DNA from: Nitrospirota bacterium
GTDB taxonomy: Bacteria > Nitrospirota > Nitrospiria > Nitrospirales > Nitrospiraceae
NCBI GenBank assembly: GCA_963703955.1
Contig: CAVPGK010000017.1
Span: 96,001 to 160,000, forward strand
Length of the DNA stretch: 64,000 nt
Reading direction: 5' to 3'
Below the pieces are notes generated by a model. That model searched no databases, was not told the origin of the DNA, and saw nothing but the letters and a program-made list of their open reading frames with translations. Positions 18,889 through 29,287 of the stretch are shown here, one piece after another (position 1 is the first letter of the stretch; each line of letters opens with the position of its first letter). The position numbers and the translations under genes are program-made.

Positions 18889-19041
18889 AAATAGAATAAT
18901 TCCGTCGGATGGGATTTGAACCGGGGTTGTGAAGGGGGTACGCCCCCTTCACGGGGAGCAACGCGAGGGGCTCGCTCCCCTTGCTGGAGCGCGTGTGCAG
19001 CGCACGGAAAGCGCAACTTCAAATTCCCACCCTCTCCGCCA
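18889..19041. mobile_element. Miniature tRNA-linked insertion ending in a direct repeat of the tRNA-Ser 3' end
   Basis: TTCAAATTCCCACCCTCTCCGCCA at 19018-19041 repeats the tRNA end; inverted T-arm copy GGATGGGATTTGAACC near 18908; internal hairpins. Confidence 0.75.
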
Positions 19042-19112
19042 AACCGAACGTATGGTACCGGTCGCGTCATGATGGTCATGTGACGCGATAATGCCTCCAT
19101 GACTGAGTATAA

Positions 19113-19213
19113 GGGGCTGGGCCCTGTGCAACAGAATCCTGTGAACCCCGCCAGGTCCGGAAGGAAGCAACGGTAAGCAGGGCAGTCTGTGTGCCGCGGG
19201 ATCACCTGGCCCC
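19113..19213 (+). ncRNA. ffs: Signal recognition particle RNA (4.5S)
   Basis: CAGGTCCGGAAGGAAGCAACGG core, terminal stem followed by a T-run, upstream of dnaX. Confidence 0.95.
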
Positions 19214-19222
19214 GTTTTTTTT

Positions 19223-19356
19223 CAGGATGCTGAAAAGGTCTCTCGCTTGTTATTGGCTCGAAAAAATCTTCAACGCAGCCCAGAGGCTACCCTTACGGGA
19301 AGGAGGGCCTTTGGAGCGCTCAGGACGCCGGATGCAAATGAGCTTTTGAGCATCTG
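19223..19356. mobile_element. MITE-like element, GCTGAAAA/TTTTGAGC family, copy 1
   Basis: CAGGATGCTGAAAAG...CTTTTGAGCATCTG. Confidence 0.7.
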
Positions 19357-19412
19357 AGAGCATTGAGCAGAGAATTATCTTTTAGGAACGATTAACGGTT
19401 AACAACAAGCCT

Positions 19413-21278
19413 ATGGACTATCAGGTTTCTGCACGGAAATATCGACCGGGAACCTTTCACGAGGTCATTGGCCAGCCGCACGTCGTGCAAACGCTCGTGA
19501 ACGCGATCACGACTCGGCGAATCGCCCACGCCTTTCTCTTTTCCGGCACGCGCGGAGTCGGAAAGACCACAGTGGCGCGCATTCTCGCCAAGGCCCTGAA
19601 CTGCGAGCGAGGCCCCACCGGCACGCCGTGTGAGGCCTGTCCTAACTGCGTTGAGATCACTCAAGGGACATCCGTCGACGTCATTGAGATCGACGGAGCG
19701 TCCAATACCGGCGTGGACGACGTACGAGAAATCCGAGAGAACGTCAAGTTCACGCCGTTTCGCGGTGGGTATCGCGTCTACATCATCGATGAAGTGCACA
19801 TGCTGTCTAATTCCGCCTTCAACGCGCTGCTCAAAACGCTGGAGGAACCGCCAGCGCACGTTGTCTTCATTTTCGCCACTACGGAAATCCATAAAATTCC
19901 TGCGACCATTCTCTCGCGGTGCCAGCATTTTAATTTCCGAAGGATTTCCACTTCTGAAATCATCCGCCGCCTGCGTCACGTGGCTGAGCAAGACGCGATC
20001 CTCGTTGAGGACCGCAGCCTGGCCATCATTGCCCGAGCCAGTGAAGGCAGCATGCGTGACAGCCTCAGCCTTCTCGATCAAGCGGTCGCGTTCGGCGGAA
20101 AGACGGTCCGACATGGCGATCTGGAATCCCTTTTGGGGTCTGTTCCCCAAGAACAGGTGCGAGCGCTGATTGCCGCCATCATTGCCCACGACAGCCCGGC
20201 GGCGTTGCGTGTCATTGCGCAGCTCCTCGAATGCGGTCATGACCTGCGCGCCTACTGCAGTGAGATCGTCGAATATGCGCGAAACTTGTTGGTTGCCTCC
20301 GTAGTACCGACTCCTCAGGCTCCTCAGGGATTGCAGGATCTCCGCGGGTTGATTGAGCTCGCCGAAGAAGACCTCCGGCAGGTTGTCACAGATGCAAGGG
20401 CATTCACGGCCGATCAACTTCAGGACTTGTTTAGAATTTTCTCTCAGGCAGAAGACGGGATCCGTCTGAGCCCCCACCCCCGCTTCGTTCTGGAAGCAGC
20501 TGCGGTGCGAGCGACTCACCTCTTGCGGGTTCCTGTTGTGACGACTGCTGCCCCGCAGCCCATGACAGAACCGAGTCCGGGCTCGGACCGAAGTCGTGTG
20601 GGAAGCTTCTCCAAGGTGCACACTGAGGTGGATACCGCCTCACCCACGCCAGCTCCTGCGCCCATGGAGGCTACGCGTCCAACCGCTTCGCCGACAGCCG
20701 CGACAAGACCTTCCCACGAAACATCTTCACGGCTGGGAGTCCCCTCACGCGCACCATCCGGCACCACGCAGGCCGAGCCACCGACGTCGGCATCATCCGC
20801 ATCCACCATGCGTCCACTCTTGAGGACGCCTCAGGCGCCGTCACCGGGTCATCAATCGCATGTGACCCTTGCCTGGGAGCGGGTTGTGGAGCAGGTCGAA
20901 CGGAGGCATCCCAACATCGCTCCGTTTTTGGCCGCGGGGACGCTCTTGAGCATCGAGGGGAACCGAATCTCAATTGGGTATCCGAAAACAGCTTCGATCG
21001 CCCTCACCAGAGTTCAGAAAGAGGAGACGCGGCGGCTCGTGACAGATATCTGCACCGAGTTGGCCGGTCAACTTGTTTCGGTCCACGTGCTCGAACTTCC
21101 GGATGGCGAGCCCGCTCCGCCGAGCCTGGCGCAATTGCGCGCCGCGAAGAAACAGAGCGAGAAAGACTCGCTCTTAGCGCAGGCCCGATCCCACCCATTA
21201 GTGAAGCATACCTTGGAAATCTTCGGCGGCGACCTGATCGAGGTCCGCCCGACATCACCTCAAGAGGAGACACGCTGA
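19413..21278 (+). CDS. dnaX: DNA polymerase III subunit gamma/tau
   Basis: ARKYRP, GTRGVGKTT, IDEVHML, SRC; Pro/Thr-rich linker. Confidence 0.98.
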   Translation: MDYQVSARKYRPGTFHEVIGQPHVVQTLVNAITTRRIAHAFLFSGTRGVGKTTVARILAKALNCERGPTGTPCEACPNCVEITQGTSVDVIEIDGASNTGVDDVREIRENVKFTPFRGGYRVYIIDEVHMLSNSAFNALLKTLEEPPAHVVFIFATTEIHKIPATILSRCQHFNFRRISTSEIIRRLRHVAEQDAILVEDRSLAIIARASEGSMRDSLSLLDQAVAFGGKTVRHGDLESLLGSVPQEQVRALIAAIIAHDSPAALRVIAQLLECGHDLRAYCSEIVEYARNLLVASVVPTPQAPQGLQDLRGLIELAEEDLRQVVTDARAFTADQLQDLFRIFSQAEDGIRLSPHPRFVLEAAAVRATHLLRVPVVTTAAPQPMTEPSPGSDRSRVGSFSKVHTEVDTASPTPAPAPMEATRPTASPTAATRPSHETSSRLGVPSRAPSGTTQAEPPTSASSASTMRPLLRTPQAPSPGHQSHVTLAWERVVEQVERRHPNIAPFLAAGTLLSIEGNRISIGYPKTASIALTRVQKEETRRLVTDICTELAGQLVSVHVLELPDGEPAPPSLAQLRAAKKQSEKDSLLAQARSHPLVKHTLEIFGGDLIEVRPTSPQEETR

Positions 21279-21604
21279 TGTCAAAGAATCCGTTCGGCAA
21301 TATGGGCAATATCATGAAGCAAGCACAAGCGATGCAAGAACAGTTGGCGAAGATCCAAGAAGAAGCGGCCCAGAAAACGGTAGAAGGAACTGCCGGTGGG
21401 GGAATGGTCACGGTCACGGTCAACGGCGCCATGCAGGTGGTCGGGGCCAGGATCGATCCCGAGGTGCTCAAATCAGGTGACGTCGACATGCTTCAGGATC
21501 TAATTGTCGCGGCGGCAGGGGAAGCCCAGCGCAAGGCTCGCGAGATGATGGCGGATCAGATGAAGTCTGTGACGGGCGGGCTTCACATCCCCGGTCTGTT
21601 CTGA
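21278..21604 (+). CDS. ybaB: YbaB/EbfC nucleoid-associated protein
   Basis: MKQAQAMQ, AGGGMVTV, DMLQDLI; between dnaX and recR. Confidence 0.96.
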   Translation: MSKNPFGNMGNIMKQAQAMQEQLAKIQEEAAQKTVEGTAGGGMVTVTVNGAMQVVGARIDPEVLKSGDVDMLQDLIVAAAGEAQRKAREMMADQMKSVTGGLHIPGLF

Positions 21605-21608
21605 TTGG

Positions 21609-21820
21609 CAAGATGCTGAAAAAGCTCCCCAGCTTCGTTCTCAGGATTGCAAGGAACCCGGCCGCCTCACAAAGACACTGCCCGCTCACGACTCGCGGGC
21701 GTGCGCAAACGTCGGGCTCCTTCTCCAGATTTTTCTTCCCTGCGGCCTCGCCCGAGAAGGAGCGCGTCTTGGCGCGCTTGGGGTGGGCCGGGTGCAATAG
21801 ATACCCTTTTGAGCATCTTG
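21609..21820. mobile_element. MITE-like element, GCTGAAAA/TTTTGAGC family, copy 2
   Basis: CAAGATGCTGAAAA...TTTTGAGCATCTTG; shares internal CGGCCGCCTCAC and GGCGTGCGCAAACGT with copy 3. Confidence 0.85.
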
Positions 21821-21851
21821 AAGTGAATACGCTCGTGAGATACGAAAACGG

Positions 21852-22454
21852 ATGAGCATCGATCAAAATGGACTGCTGATCCGGCTCATCCGGGAATTGG
21901 TCAGGTTGCCGGGGATCGGCCAGAAGACGGCGCAACGTCTGGCGTTCCATGTCCTCAAGGCCGAACGGGAGGAGGCCCTTCGGCTGGCGGACGCGATCAG
22001 GGCGGTGAAGGAAGGCCTGTCCTTTTGTCAGCAATGCCGCAATATTGCTGAGGGGGAATTGTGTGAGTTTTGCCTTGACCCGAAACGTGACCACACGAAA
22101 ATTCTTGTGGTGGAAGAGCCCAGCACGCTGTATGCCATCGAGCGAGCCGGTGGGTTCCGAGGCCTCTATCACGTCTTGCTTGGTTCGCTCTCCCCACTTG
22201 ATGGAGTCGGCCCGGCAGATATCCGCGCGCAAGACCTAGCGGATCGAGTGAAAGAAGGAGGGATTCAAGAGGTCATTCTCGCAACGAGTCCGACGATCGA
22301 AGGAGAAGCCACGGCCATTTATCTGACCAAGCTCATCAAGCCCTACGGAGCGCGAGTGTCACGGATCGCGTATGGCATCCCGGTGGGCATGGATATCGAG
22401 TATGCCGATGAAGTGACGTTGATCAAGTCGATCGAGGGTCGCCGGGAACTCTGA
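21852..22454 (+). CDS. recR: Recombination mediator RecR
   Basis: LPGIGQKTAQRLAF, C4 zinc finger, Toprim (EGEATA). Confidence 0.98.
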   Translation: MSIDQNGLLIRLIRELVRLPGIGQKTAQRLAFHVLKAEREEALRLADAIRAVKEGLSFCQQCRNIAEGELCEFCLDPKRDHTKILVVEEPSTLYAIERAGGFRGLYHVLLGSLSPLDGVGPADIRAQDLADRVKEGGIQEVILATSPTIEGEATAIYLTKLIKPYGARVSRIAYGIPVGMDIEYADEVTLIKSIEGRREL

Positions 22455-22498
22455 TTTGGTCAACCTGATATGGCCACGGACAGGCGCTCGCTCTTGCA

Positions 22499-22527
22499 TT
22501 GACGCTAATCCGGCAGACTGTTATAGT
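22499..22527 (+). promoter_or_regulatory. Sigma70-type promoter for dksA
   Basis: TTGACG-N17-TATAGT. Confidence 0.7.
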
Positions 22528-22559
22528 GACCGGGTTTGTTTGAAGCCTAAGAGGGATCG

Positions 22560-22985
22560 ATGCCAAAAAGCGCGACAAAAGCAGCCCGGCCGAAGCGTGC
22601 TCCCAAGCGCGCGGCAAAGAAAAGGAAGCCGGCCCCTAATCGGTACGAAACTATCCGCGCCGATCTTCAACGTCAACGCGTTGAGCTTCTCAATGAAGCC
22701 GGCGAAGCGCTCACCAACAGGCAAGAGATCGAAGCGTTTCCGGATCTGAGTGACCAGGCCACAGCAGAAGTGGATCAAAATTTTGAGCTGCGGCTCAAAG
22801 AGCGACACCAAAAGCTACTCAAGAAAATCGACGAGGCGTTGGATCGGATGGCGACCAATACCTATGGAATCTGCGAGCGGTGTGGCGATGAGATCCCATT
22901 TAAACGCCTGAAGGCCCGCCCCGTCACCACCTTGTGCATTGAATGTAAGACCCTGCAGGAGGAGGAGGAGAAGATTCGGCGGTAA
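22560..22985 (+). CDS. dksA: RNA polymerase-binding protein DksA
   Basis: PDLSDQA (DxxDxA), YGICERC...RLKARPVTTLCIEC. Confidence 0.95.
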   Translation: MPKSATKAARPKRAPKRAAKKRKPAPNRYETIRADLQRQRVELLNEAGEALTNRQEIEAFPDLSDQATAEVDQNFELRLKERHQKLLKKIDEALDRMATNTYGICERCGDEIPFKRLKARPVTTLCIECKTLQEEEEKIRR

Positions 22986-23000
22986 GCCTTTTCCATCCGC

Positions 23001-24164
23001 CTATCGACGTAACGCCTTGACCCGCTCTTGAGCTTTGGTAGCTCGCGCTGCTTCCTCAGGAACTCCTTTAACCAGAGCAAGATACGTTTCATACTCCGAG
23101 ACAGCTCGCTTAGTATTGATCGGTTCATACGCTTCAGCCAGATTGTATCGCGCAATGGGATAATTCGGTCTGAGGGCGACCGCCTTCTCGAACATTCTCA
23201 TAGCGTTCTCACGGTCTCCTAGCTTGGTGAAGACGGTCCCCAAGTTGTTTAAGACCTCCGGCGTGTTGGGGCGGATCTTCAAAGATTCCTGCATTTCGGC
23301 TTTCGCTTCTTCAAGTCGTCCTTGTCCTTCCAGCGCCAGCCCTAAGCGATGATGGGCTTCGGCAACCCAGACCTTGTCGGTAAACCCGTGAGCTATCGCC
23401 TTGCGATAGGCATCAGCCGCCTGGTCGTAATTCCGATCGCCACAATACGCCAATTGAGCAGATTGCCCCCTGGCAAATTGCTGAAGCGAGGGAAATGGCT
23501 CCTTGGTTTCCGCGCCCTTCAGACCTGGAGAGGAACTACTCTTACTCGTGTGGCTCCCACCCATGCGAGCGAGAAATTCTTGTCGGTAGGGGGAAAGTAA
23601 GGTCGCGTACGGATCGATGGAAAAGGACGCTATCAGCAAGGTCGGATCATCAACATCACCACGCGTAATGTATTGAGTTGTGGTCTTTTCATCCCCGGTC
23701 ATGTAGAGCGCGCTACTGTCCAGGTTCCCGCCACCGAGCAGACTTGCGCCGGTCAGATAAAACTCAGTGGTAGGCTTCAGTTCGGACAGGGTTTGCCGCA
23801 AAACCGGGTAAGGCTTCAATTTGAGACCGGAGGGAAACAGAAACAAGGCTCCCACAAGCAAGCCGTCTTCATCGAAGAAAAAGGCTTCTTCCGAGGCGGT
23901 TTGGCTCTCCTGAAAAGGTACTCGAAGCTCCTCGCCGCTTCCCCATGCTGCCCGACCAATCTGGTGGCCCCGATGCTTTTCGAGAAACGCCTCCTTCTGG
24001 TCGCACAGCCGGGCTGCTTTCAGCAAGGTTAAGTCGGTGGCGGAGGGAGGCAGACGGGACGGCGGGGCTTCGGCGCAGGAAGACAGAAAGAATCCGACTA
24101 CCAAGAAGCTCAGCCCAAAGCCAAGCCAACTCGGTTTCTCAATGAATCCTTGGCTGAAGCGCAT
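23001..24164 (-). CDS. TPR-repeat lipoprotein
   Basis: Lipobox LSSC; C-terminal TPRs (EAHHRLG, VLNNLG, ARYNLA). Confidence 0.85.
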   Translation of the reverse strand: MRFSQGFIEKPSWLGFGLSFLVVGFFLSSCAEAPPSRLPPSATDLTLLKAARLCDQKEAFLEKHRGHQIGRAAWGSGEELRVPFQESQTASEEAFFFDEDGLLVGALFLFPSGLKLKPYPVLRQTLSELKPTTEFYLTGASLLGGGNLDSSALYMTGDEKTTTQYITRGDVDDPTLLIASFSIDPYATLLSPYRQEFLARMGGSHTSKSSSSPGLKGAETKEPFPSLQQFARGQSAQLAYCGDRNYDQAADAYRKAIAHGFTDKVWVAEAHHRLGLALEGQGRLEEAKAEMQESLKIRPNTPEVLNNLGTVFTKLGDRENAMRMFEKAVALRPNYPIARYNLAEAYEPINTKRAVSEYETYLALVKGVPEEAARATKAQERVKALRR

Positions 24165-24219
24165 TTCCCAAGAACGGAGAGTCGTCTACGTGGAATGAGC
24201 ATACCGGGCAAGAAACACG

Positions 24220-24262
24220 GAGGGGGTCGCCCCCGGGCGCGGGAGCGACCCCCTCGGTTGTT
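24220..24262. terminator. GC-rich hairpin, probable terminator
   Basis: GAGGGGGTCGC...GCGACCCCCTC just downstream of the 24275 gene. Confidence 0.5.
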
Positions 24263-24274
24263 CAACCCTTCGTT

Positions 24275-24628
24275 TCAGTAGTTCCCATAATCACGACTAG
24301 GCCGTTGGGCATCAAGGGTGTAATCCTCCGGTGTAAACCCGAAAAGGCTCGAATTGCTCGATCCCAGCGCATACAAGGGGCGATTGACCAGGTAATCAAG
24401 GACCACCCCGACCGGATTTAAGATGAACCCCGCCCAGCGCCATTCATTGTCGTTCAATGGCGATGCGGTGACCGGATCCGAGTAAATGTAGGCGAGGCTA
24501 TCGAGAGGCCATGCTCCGCCGACCTGTTGACCCGGCTGGGTCTCCAAATTACTCGCGGTACTCGCGCATCCACCGGCAAGCCATACGACCATAAGCATCA
24601 TTCCCGCTAGAAGTCGAATCGTCGGCAT
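24275..24628 (-). CDS. Hypothetical lipoprotein
   Basis: MPTIRLLAGMMLMVVWLAGGC lipobox; RBS GAGGTGGGAG. Confidence 0.8.
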   Translation of the reverse strand: MPTIRLLAGMMLMVVWLAGGCASTASNLETQPGQQVGGAWPLDSLAYIYSDPVTASPLNDNEWRWAGFILNPVGVVLDYLVNRPLYALGSSNSSLFGFTPEDYTLDAQRPSRDYGNY

Positions 24629-24754
24629 CTCCCACCTCACTTTCGATGTCTGTTCATCCCTCGAAAACTGAGGGAAGTCTACCTCGAAAGGCCTCTTTTG
24701 TCCAGCCGAACCAACGCGAGGGGAGCGAACGAGTAGAACCAGAAAATGCGGACA

Positions 24755-24829
24755 TGGTGGGCGATACTGGTATCGAACCAGTGGCCTCTTCCGTGTGAGG
24801 GAAGCGCTCTCCCACTGAGCTAATCGCCC
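24755..24829 (-). tRNA. tRNA-Val(CAC)
   Basis: GGGCGATTAGCTCAGTGGGAGAGCGCTTCCCTCACACGGAAGAGGCCACTGGTTCGATACCAGTATCGCCCACCA. Confidence 0.97.
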
Positions 24830-24896
24830 ACCGCGCGAACACTCTAGCACTAGGAATCTCGGTCAGTCAACGAAGCATCACCAGTCAGATCGAAGC

Positions 24897-24926
24897 TTGA
24901 CATATTTTTTGAACGATCCTTACAAT
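24897..24926 (+). promoter_or_regulatory. Sigma70-type promoter for the trmFO operon
   Basis: TTGACA-N18-TACAAT. Confidence 0.7.
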
Positions 24927-24943
24927 GCTTTCAGGGAGATGCG

Positions 24944-26260
24944 ATGCGTGATGATGTTGTGGTGATTGGTGGTGGGCTCGCGGGATCGGAAGCGACCTGG
25001 CAAGCAGCCAATCACGGCGCTCGGGTGACGCTATATGAGATGCGTCCCAAAGAGTCCACTCCCGCCCATAAGACCGGGACCCTCGCCGAACTCGTCTGTT
25101 CCAACTCGCTTGGCTCCGACGACATTCTCAACGCGCCCGGAATCCTCAAGGAGGAAATGCGGCGCCTGAATTCGCTGATCATCCGTGTGGCGGACGAAGT
25201 CCGAGTTCCAGCCGGATCAGCGTTGGCCGTTGACCGCGAACAATTTTCTCAGCGGATCACCCAAGCCCTCCAAGAGCACCCGAACGTCCGCATTCTCCAT
25301 GAGGAAGTCAAAGATATTCCAACCGACTGCCTCTGTATCGTTGCTACCGGACCCTTGACGTCCGACAGCATGGCCACTTCCATTAGGAATCTGACTCATT
25401 CCAACAGCTTGTACTTTTTTGACGCGATCTCTCCGATCATCGACGCCGACTCCGTCAATATGGATGTGGCATTCAGAGCGTCCCGTTACGATAAAGGGGG
25501 CCCGGACTATCTCAACTGCCCGATGGATCAGGCCACCTATCAGGCTTTTTACGACGCCCTCATGAAGGCCGAGAAGGTCCACCCGAAGGATTTTGAGAGG
25601 ATCCCGTACTTTGAAAGCTGCATTCCCATTGAGGTCATGGCGGAGCGGGGAATTCAGACGATGCTCTTCGGTCCCTTGAAACCGGTCGGATTGGAGGACC
25701 CTCACACACACGGCCGCCATCACGCGGTCGTTCAGCTCAGGGCCGAGAACGCGCACGGCACGGCGTACAACATGGTCGGTTTTCAAACCAAGCTCACCTA
25801 TCCGGAACAGCGGCGGGTGTTCCGCATGATTCCCGGTCTGGAGGAGGCGGAGTTTCTTCGATACGGAAGTCTGCATCGCAATACCTTCATCAACTCGCCC
25901 CTCCTGCTCAGGGAGACCTTACAGCTCAAGGCGCGCGGCACGGCATTTTTCGCGGGCCAGCTTGTCGGGGTGGAAGGCTACACGGAGTCGGCCGCCATGG
26001 GAGGCATGGCCGGAATCAACGCCGCCAGAGGCATGAACGGACTTCAACCGCTGACACCGCCGCCCACGACAGCCCACGGCAGCCTCATCACCTACATCAC
26101 GACCAGTGAACCGCGTCATTTTCAACCGATGAACACAAACTTCGGCCTGTTTCCGCCGTTGCCGATCAGTCTCAAGGACAAGAAGGAAAAGCGTAGTCGG
26201 ATCGGTCAGCGTGCGCTGGAGGATCTGGAAACATGGAAGACGCGATTCGGGCTTTCGTGA
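24944..26260 (+). CDS. trmFO: Folate/FAD-dependent tRNA m5U54 methyltransferase
   Basis: GGGLAGSEA, AELVCSNS, ALAVDR, VGFQTKL, GVEGYTES. Confidence 0.97.
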   Translation: MRDDVVVIGGGLAGSEATWQAANHGARVTLYEMRPKESTPAHKTGTLAELVCSNSLGSDDILNAPGILKEEMRRLNSLIIRVADEVRVPAGSALAVDREQFSQRITQALQEHPNVRILHEEVKDIPTDCLCIVATGPLTSDSMATSIRNLTHSNSLYFFDAISPIIDADSVNMDVAFRASRYDKGGPDYLNCPMDQATYQAFYDALMKAEKVHPKDFERIPYFESCIPIEVMAERGIQTMLFGPLKPVGLEDPHTHGRHHAVVQLRAENAHGTAYNMVGFQTKLTYPEQRRVFRMIPGLEEAEFLRYGSLHRNTFINSPLLLRETLQLKARGTAFFAGQLVGVEGYTESAAMGGMAGINAARGMNGLQPLTPPPTTAHGSLITYITTSEPRHFQPMNTNFGLFPPLPISLKDKKEKRSRIGQRALEDLETWKTRFGLS

Positions 26261-27171
26261 AGTTTCTTGATGTGGAACAAGGAGCGTCCCGGGAAACGAT
26301 TCGCGCATATCGGTCAGATCTCCATCAGTTCCTTTCCTTCATGAAGTCAGGCTCTCCGGGGAAGGCTTCTCTGACGGCTCCTGACCAGATCGATGGCTTG
26401 ACCATCCGCGGCTACCTTGCCTGGTTAGACAAGAAGAAGGAGAAAAAGTCATCGTTAGCCAGGAAGCTTGCCACCCTGAGAAGCTTTTATCGGTTTCTGG
26501 GCCGGGAAGGGAGAACGAAGATCAATCCGGCAGAGGAGGTCCGCACGCCAAAACAGCTTCAACATTTACCCCGAGTCCTGACGAAGGATGATGCAGCCGC
26601 GCTCATGGAGCTTCCCGAAGGGGAGTCGATTACGGCTCTTCGTGACCGGGCGATTCTCGAAACCCTGTATTCCACCGGCGCCCGGGTCAGCGAATTGGTC
26701 GGCATCAATCTGGAGGACATGAATACGACCGACGGCGTGGTCAGACTGAGGGGCAAGGGGCGAAAGGAGCGCATCGTGCCGATCGGGGCCGTCGCTGTCG
26801 AGGCCATCAAAGAATATCTGGCATTCGTTGATCGCCTGCCCACGATTCCGCAGGTCTCGGCCGAGGCAGTTGCCCCGGTTTTTTGCAACCTCCGCGGGGG
26901 ACGTCTCACATCCCGAAGCGTGGAACGGATCGTCGCCGCGTACTCCAGCCGGCTGGCCGGAGGACGCATCAGCCCACACGCGCTTCGTCATTCTTTCGCC
27001 ACCCATTTGCTCGATGAGGGCGCCGATCTTCGGGCGATCCAGGAAATGTTGGGACATGCCACGATCGACACGACCCAAAAATATACGCATCTGGCAATGG
27101 ACCACCTTCTGAAAATCTATGACGACGCGCATCCGAGAGCGCGCCGTCGAGAGGCGGCAAAGCCCCGCTAG
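26233..27171 (+). CDS. xerC: Tyrosine recombinase XerC
   Basis: [35 protein letters not shown]; trmFO-xerC-hslVU synteny. Confidence 0.93.
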   Translation: MEDAIRAFVKFLDVEQGASRETIRAYRSDLHQFLSFMKSGSPGKASLTAPDQIDGLTIRGYLAWLDKKKEKKSSLARKLATLRSFYRFLGREGRTKINPAEEVRTPKQLQHLPRVLTKDDAAALMELPEGESITALRDRAILETLYSTGARVSELVGINLEDMNTTDGVVRLRGKGRKERIVPIGAVAVEAIKEYLAFVDRLPTIPQVSAEAVAPVFCNLRGGRLTSRSVERIVAAYSSRLAGGRISPHALRHSFATHLLDEGADLRAIQEMLGHATIDTTQKYTHLAMDHLLKIYDDAHPRARRREAAKPR

Positions 27172-27196
27172 AGCTCGAAAAGCACGGACCAACCCC

Positions 27197-27733
27197 ATGA
27201 TCATCCGATCGACAACAATATTGTGCGTCTCGCGCGACGACCGCGTCGCCATGGGCTCCGATGGCCAAGTGACCGTGGGAACGACGGTGATGAAGAGCAA
27301 CGCCCGCAAGCTCCGCCGGCTGCATAACGACAAGGTCCTCGCGGGCTTTGCCGGCGCCACCGCCGATGCGTTCACATTGTTCGAGAAATTTGAGGCCAAG
27401 CTGGAAGAGTACCGCGGAAACCTGACACGGGCCGCCGTAGAACTAGCCAAGGACTGGCGGACGGACCGAGTCCTGCGGCGATTGGAAGCCTTGCTCGCCG
27501 TAGCGGATCTCGACCATGCATTTGTCATTTCCGGCACCGGCGACGTCGTGGAACCCGAAGACGGCATCGTCGCGATCGGGTCGGGTGGCCCCTATGCCCT
27601 CGCGGCCGCGCGAGCTCTCTTGGGTCATTCGACGCTGGAAGCCCGCGCGATCGTGGAAGAGTCCATGAAGATCGCAGGCGCCATCGATATTTACACTAAC
27701 CAACAGCTTGTCATTGAGGAGTTGAAGCCCTGA
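27197..27733 (+). CDS. hslV: ATP-dependent protease subunit HslV
   Basis: [23 protein letters not shown]. Confidence 0.98.
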   Translation: MIIRSTTILCVSRDDRVAMGSDGQVTVGTTVMKSNARKLRRLHNDKVLAGFAGATADAFTLFEKFEAKLEEYRGNLTRAAVELAKDWRTDRVLRRLEALLAVADLDHAFVISGTGDVVEPEDGIVAIGSGGPYALAAARALLGHSTLEARAIVEESMKIAGAIDIYTNQQLVIEELKP

Positions 27734-27833
27734 AAAAAGAGGGTTGGTTGACCGCCACCCCGATCTGTGTTTAGTTAGGCGACCCCTGAAAGTAATCAGG
27801 CAGCAAACAGCCAGATTGAAAGCGGACATAGCT

Positions 27834-29234
27834 ATGAATCGTAACTCCTTACCCGATAGGCACCCGGCCAGCCTCGACCGTCTGACGCCCCGCCAGATCG
27901 TGGAAGAGCTGGATCGCTATGTGATCGGCCAGCGGGATGCCAAGCGGATGGTGGCCATCGCCCTTCGGAACCGCTGGCGACGGCAGCAATTGAGCCCGGA
28001 TCTGCGAGAAGAAGTGATTCCGAAGAACATTATTATGATCGGTCCCACCGGTGTTGGAAAGACTGAAATTGCGCGAAGGCTCGCCAAACTGGCCCAGGCG
28101 CCGTTCCTGAAGATCGAGGCGTCGAAGTTCACCGAAGTAGGGTATGTCGGACGGGACGTGGAGTCGATCGTTCGTGATCTCGCTGAACTGTCCGTCGGGC
28201 TGGTTAAGGCCGCACATGTCGAGCAGGTTCAACAGAAGGCGGAGCAATTGGCGGAAGAGCGACTTCTGGACCTGCTACTTCCAGCCGTCGCCACGAAAAC
28301 GACAGTCGGGTTCGAGGAAATCGGGCAGGAGTCTCCTATCGGGGTGGATTCCTCTGACGCGACGCGCTCCAAGCTCCGACTTCAATTGCGCGAAGGCAAG
28401 CTGGACCACCGGTCCGTCGAGCTCGAGGTCAAGGAGCGGGGACTCCCGATCGGGGTCATCTCGAGCGCCGGGGGCATGGAGGAATTGGAAACCGGCCTAC
28501 GCGACATGCTGGGCGGGCTCTTTCCAGGGAAGAAAAAGAAACGGATTATGAAAGTGCCAGAAGCGCTCAAGCACCTGGCGCAGGATGAAGCGCAAAAGCT
28601 CATCGATATGGACGAAGTCGTGCGCGAGGCCGTGAACAAGGTGGAAGAAGCCGGTATTGTGTTTCTCGATGAAATCGACAAGATCGCAGGGCGTGAGAAA
28701 GGCACGGGGCCGGATATCTCGCGGGAGGGAGTTCAGCGCGATCTCTTGCCGATCGTGGAAGGATCGACCGTCAATACCAAGTATGGGCCGGTCAGGACAG
28801 ACCATATTCTGTTTATCGCCGCCGGAGCCTTCCATATCGCCAAGCCGTCCGATCTGATCCCTGAATTGCAGGGCCGCTTTCCCATCCGGGTCGAACTGGA
28901 TGCCTTGACAAAGGAGGACTTCATCCGCATCTTGACGGAGCCGCGCGGCGCGCTGGTGACTCAGTATGAAGCGCTCCTGCAGACCGAAAGCGTCGCATTG
29001 GAGTTTACCCGGGACGGGCTGGAAGAGATCGCCGCCACGGCGGTCCAGGTCAATGACCGGACTGAGAACATCGGTGCCCGTCGGCTGTTCACGATCATGG
29101 AACGGCTGCTGGAGCAGGTCCTGTTCGAGGCGCCTGACCTGAACGAACAGAAAATCGTCGTCGATGCACACTACGTGAGAGAGCGACTGAAAGAGATCGT
29201 CAAGGATGAGGATTTGAGCCGGTTTATTCTCTAA
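27834..29234 (+). CDS. hslU: ATP-dependent protease ATPase HslU
   Basis: [27 protein letters not shown]. Confidence 0.98.
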   Translation: MNRNSLPDRHPASLDRLTPRQIVEELDRYVIGQRDAKRMVAIALRNRWRRQQLSPDLREEVIPKNIIMIGPTGVGKTEIARRLAKLAQAPFLKIEASKFTEVGYVGRDVESIVRDLAELSVGLVKAAHVEQVQQKAEQLAEERLLDLLLPAVATKTTVGFEEIGQESPIGVDSSDATRSKLRLQLREGKLDHRSVELEVKERGLPIGVISSAGGMEELETGLRDMLGGLFPGKKKKRIMKVPEALKHLAQDEAQKLIDMDEVVREAVNKVEEAGIVFLDEIDKIAGREKGTGPDISREGVQRDLLPIVEGSTVNTKYGPVRTDHILFIAAGAFHIAKPSDLIPELQGRFPIRVELDALTKEDFIRILTEPRGALVTQYEALLQTESVALEFTRDGLEEIAATAVQVNDRTENIGARRLFTIMERLLEQVLFEAPDLNEQKIVVDAHYVRERLKEIVKDEDLSRFIL

Positions 29235-29287
29235 AAAACGTAGCTGGTAGCTCATACCTATCAGCGAGCTTGGCTGCGAGCGTACAG

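Noticed and set aside
19413..21278. Programmed -1 frameshift in dnaX
   Set aside because: I saw no A AAA AAG slippery site or long A-run.
21613..21855. 80-aa ORF between ybaB and recR
   Set aside because: It is a translation of the inverted-repeat element, not a credible gene.
26233..27171. Tyrosine recombinase as a phage or island integrase
   Set aside because: The trmFO-xerC-hslVU context indicates housekeeping XerC, and no mobile cargo is adjacent.
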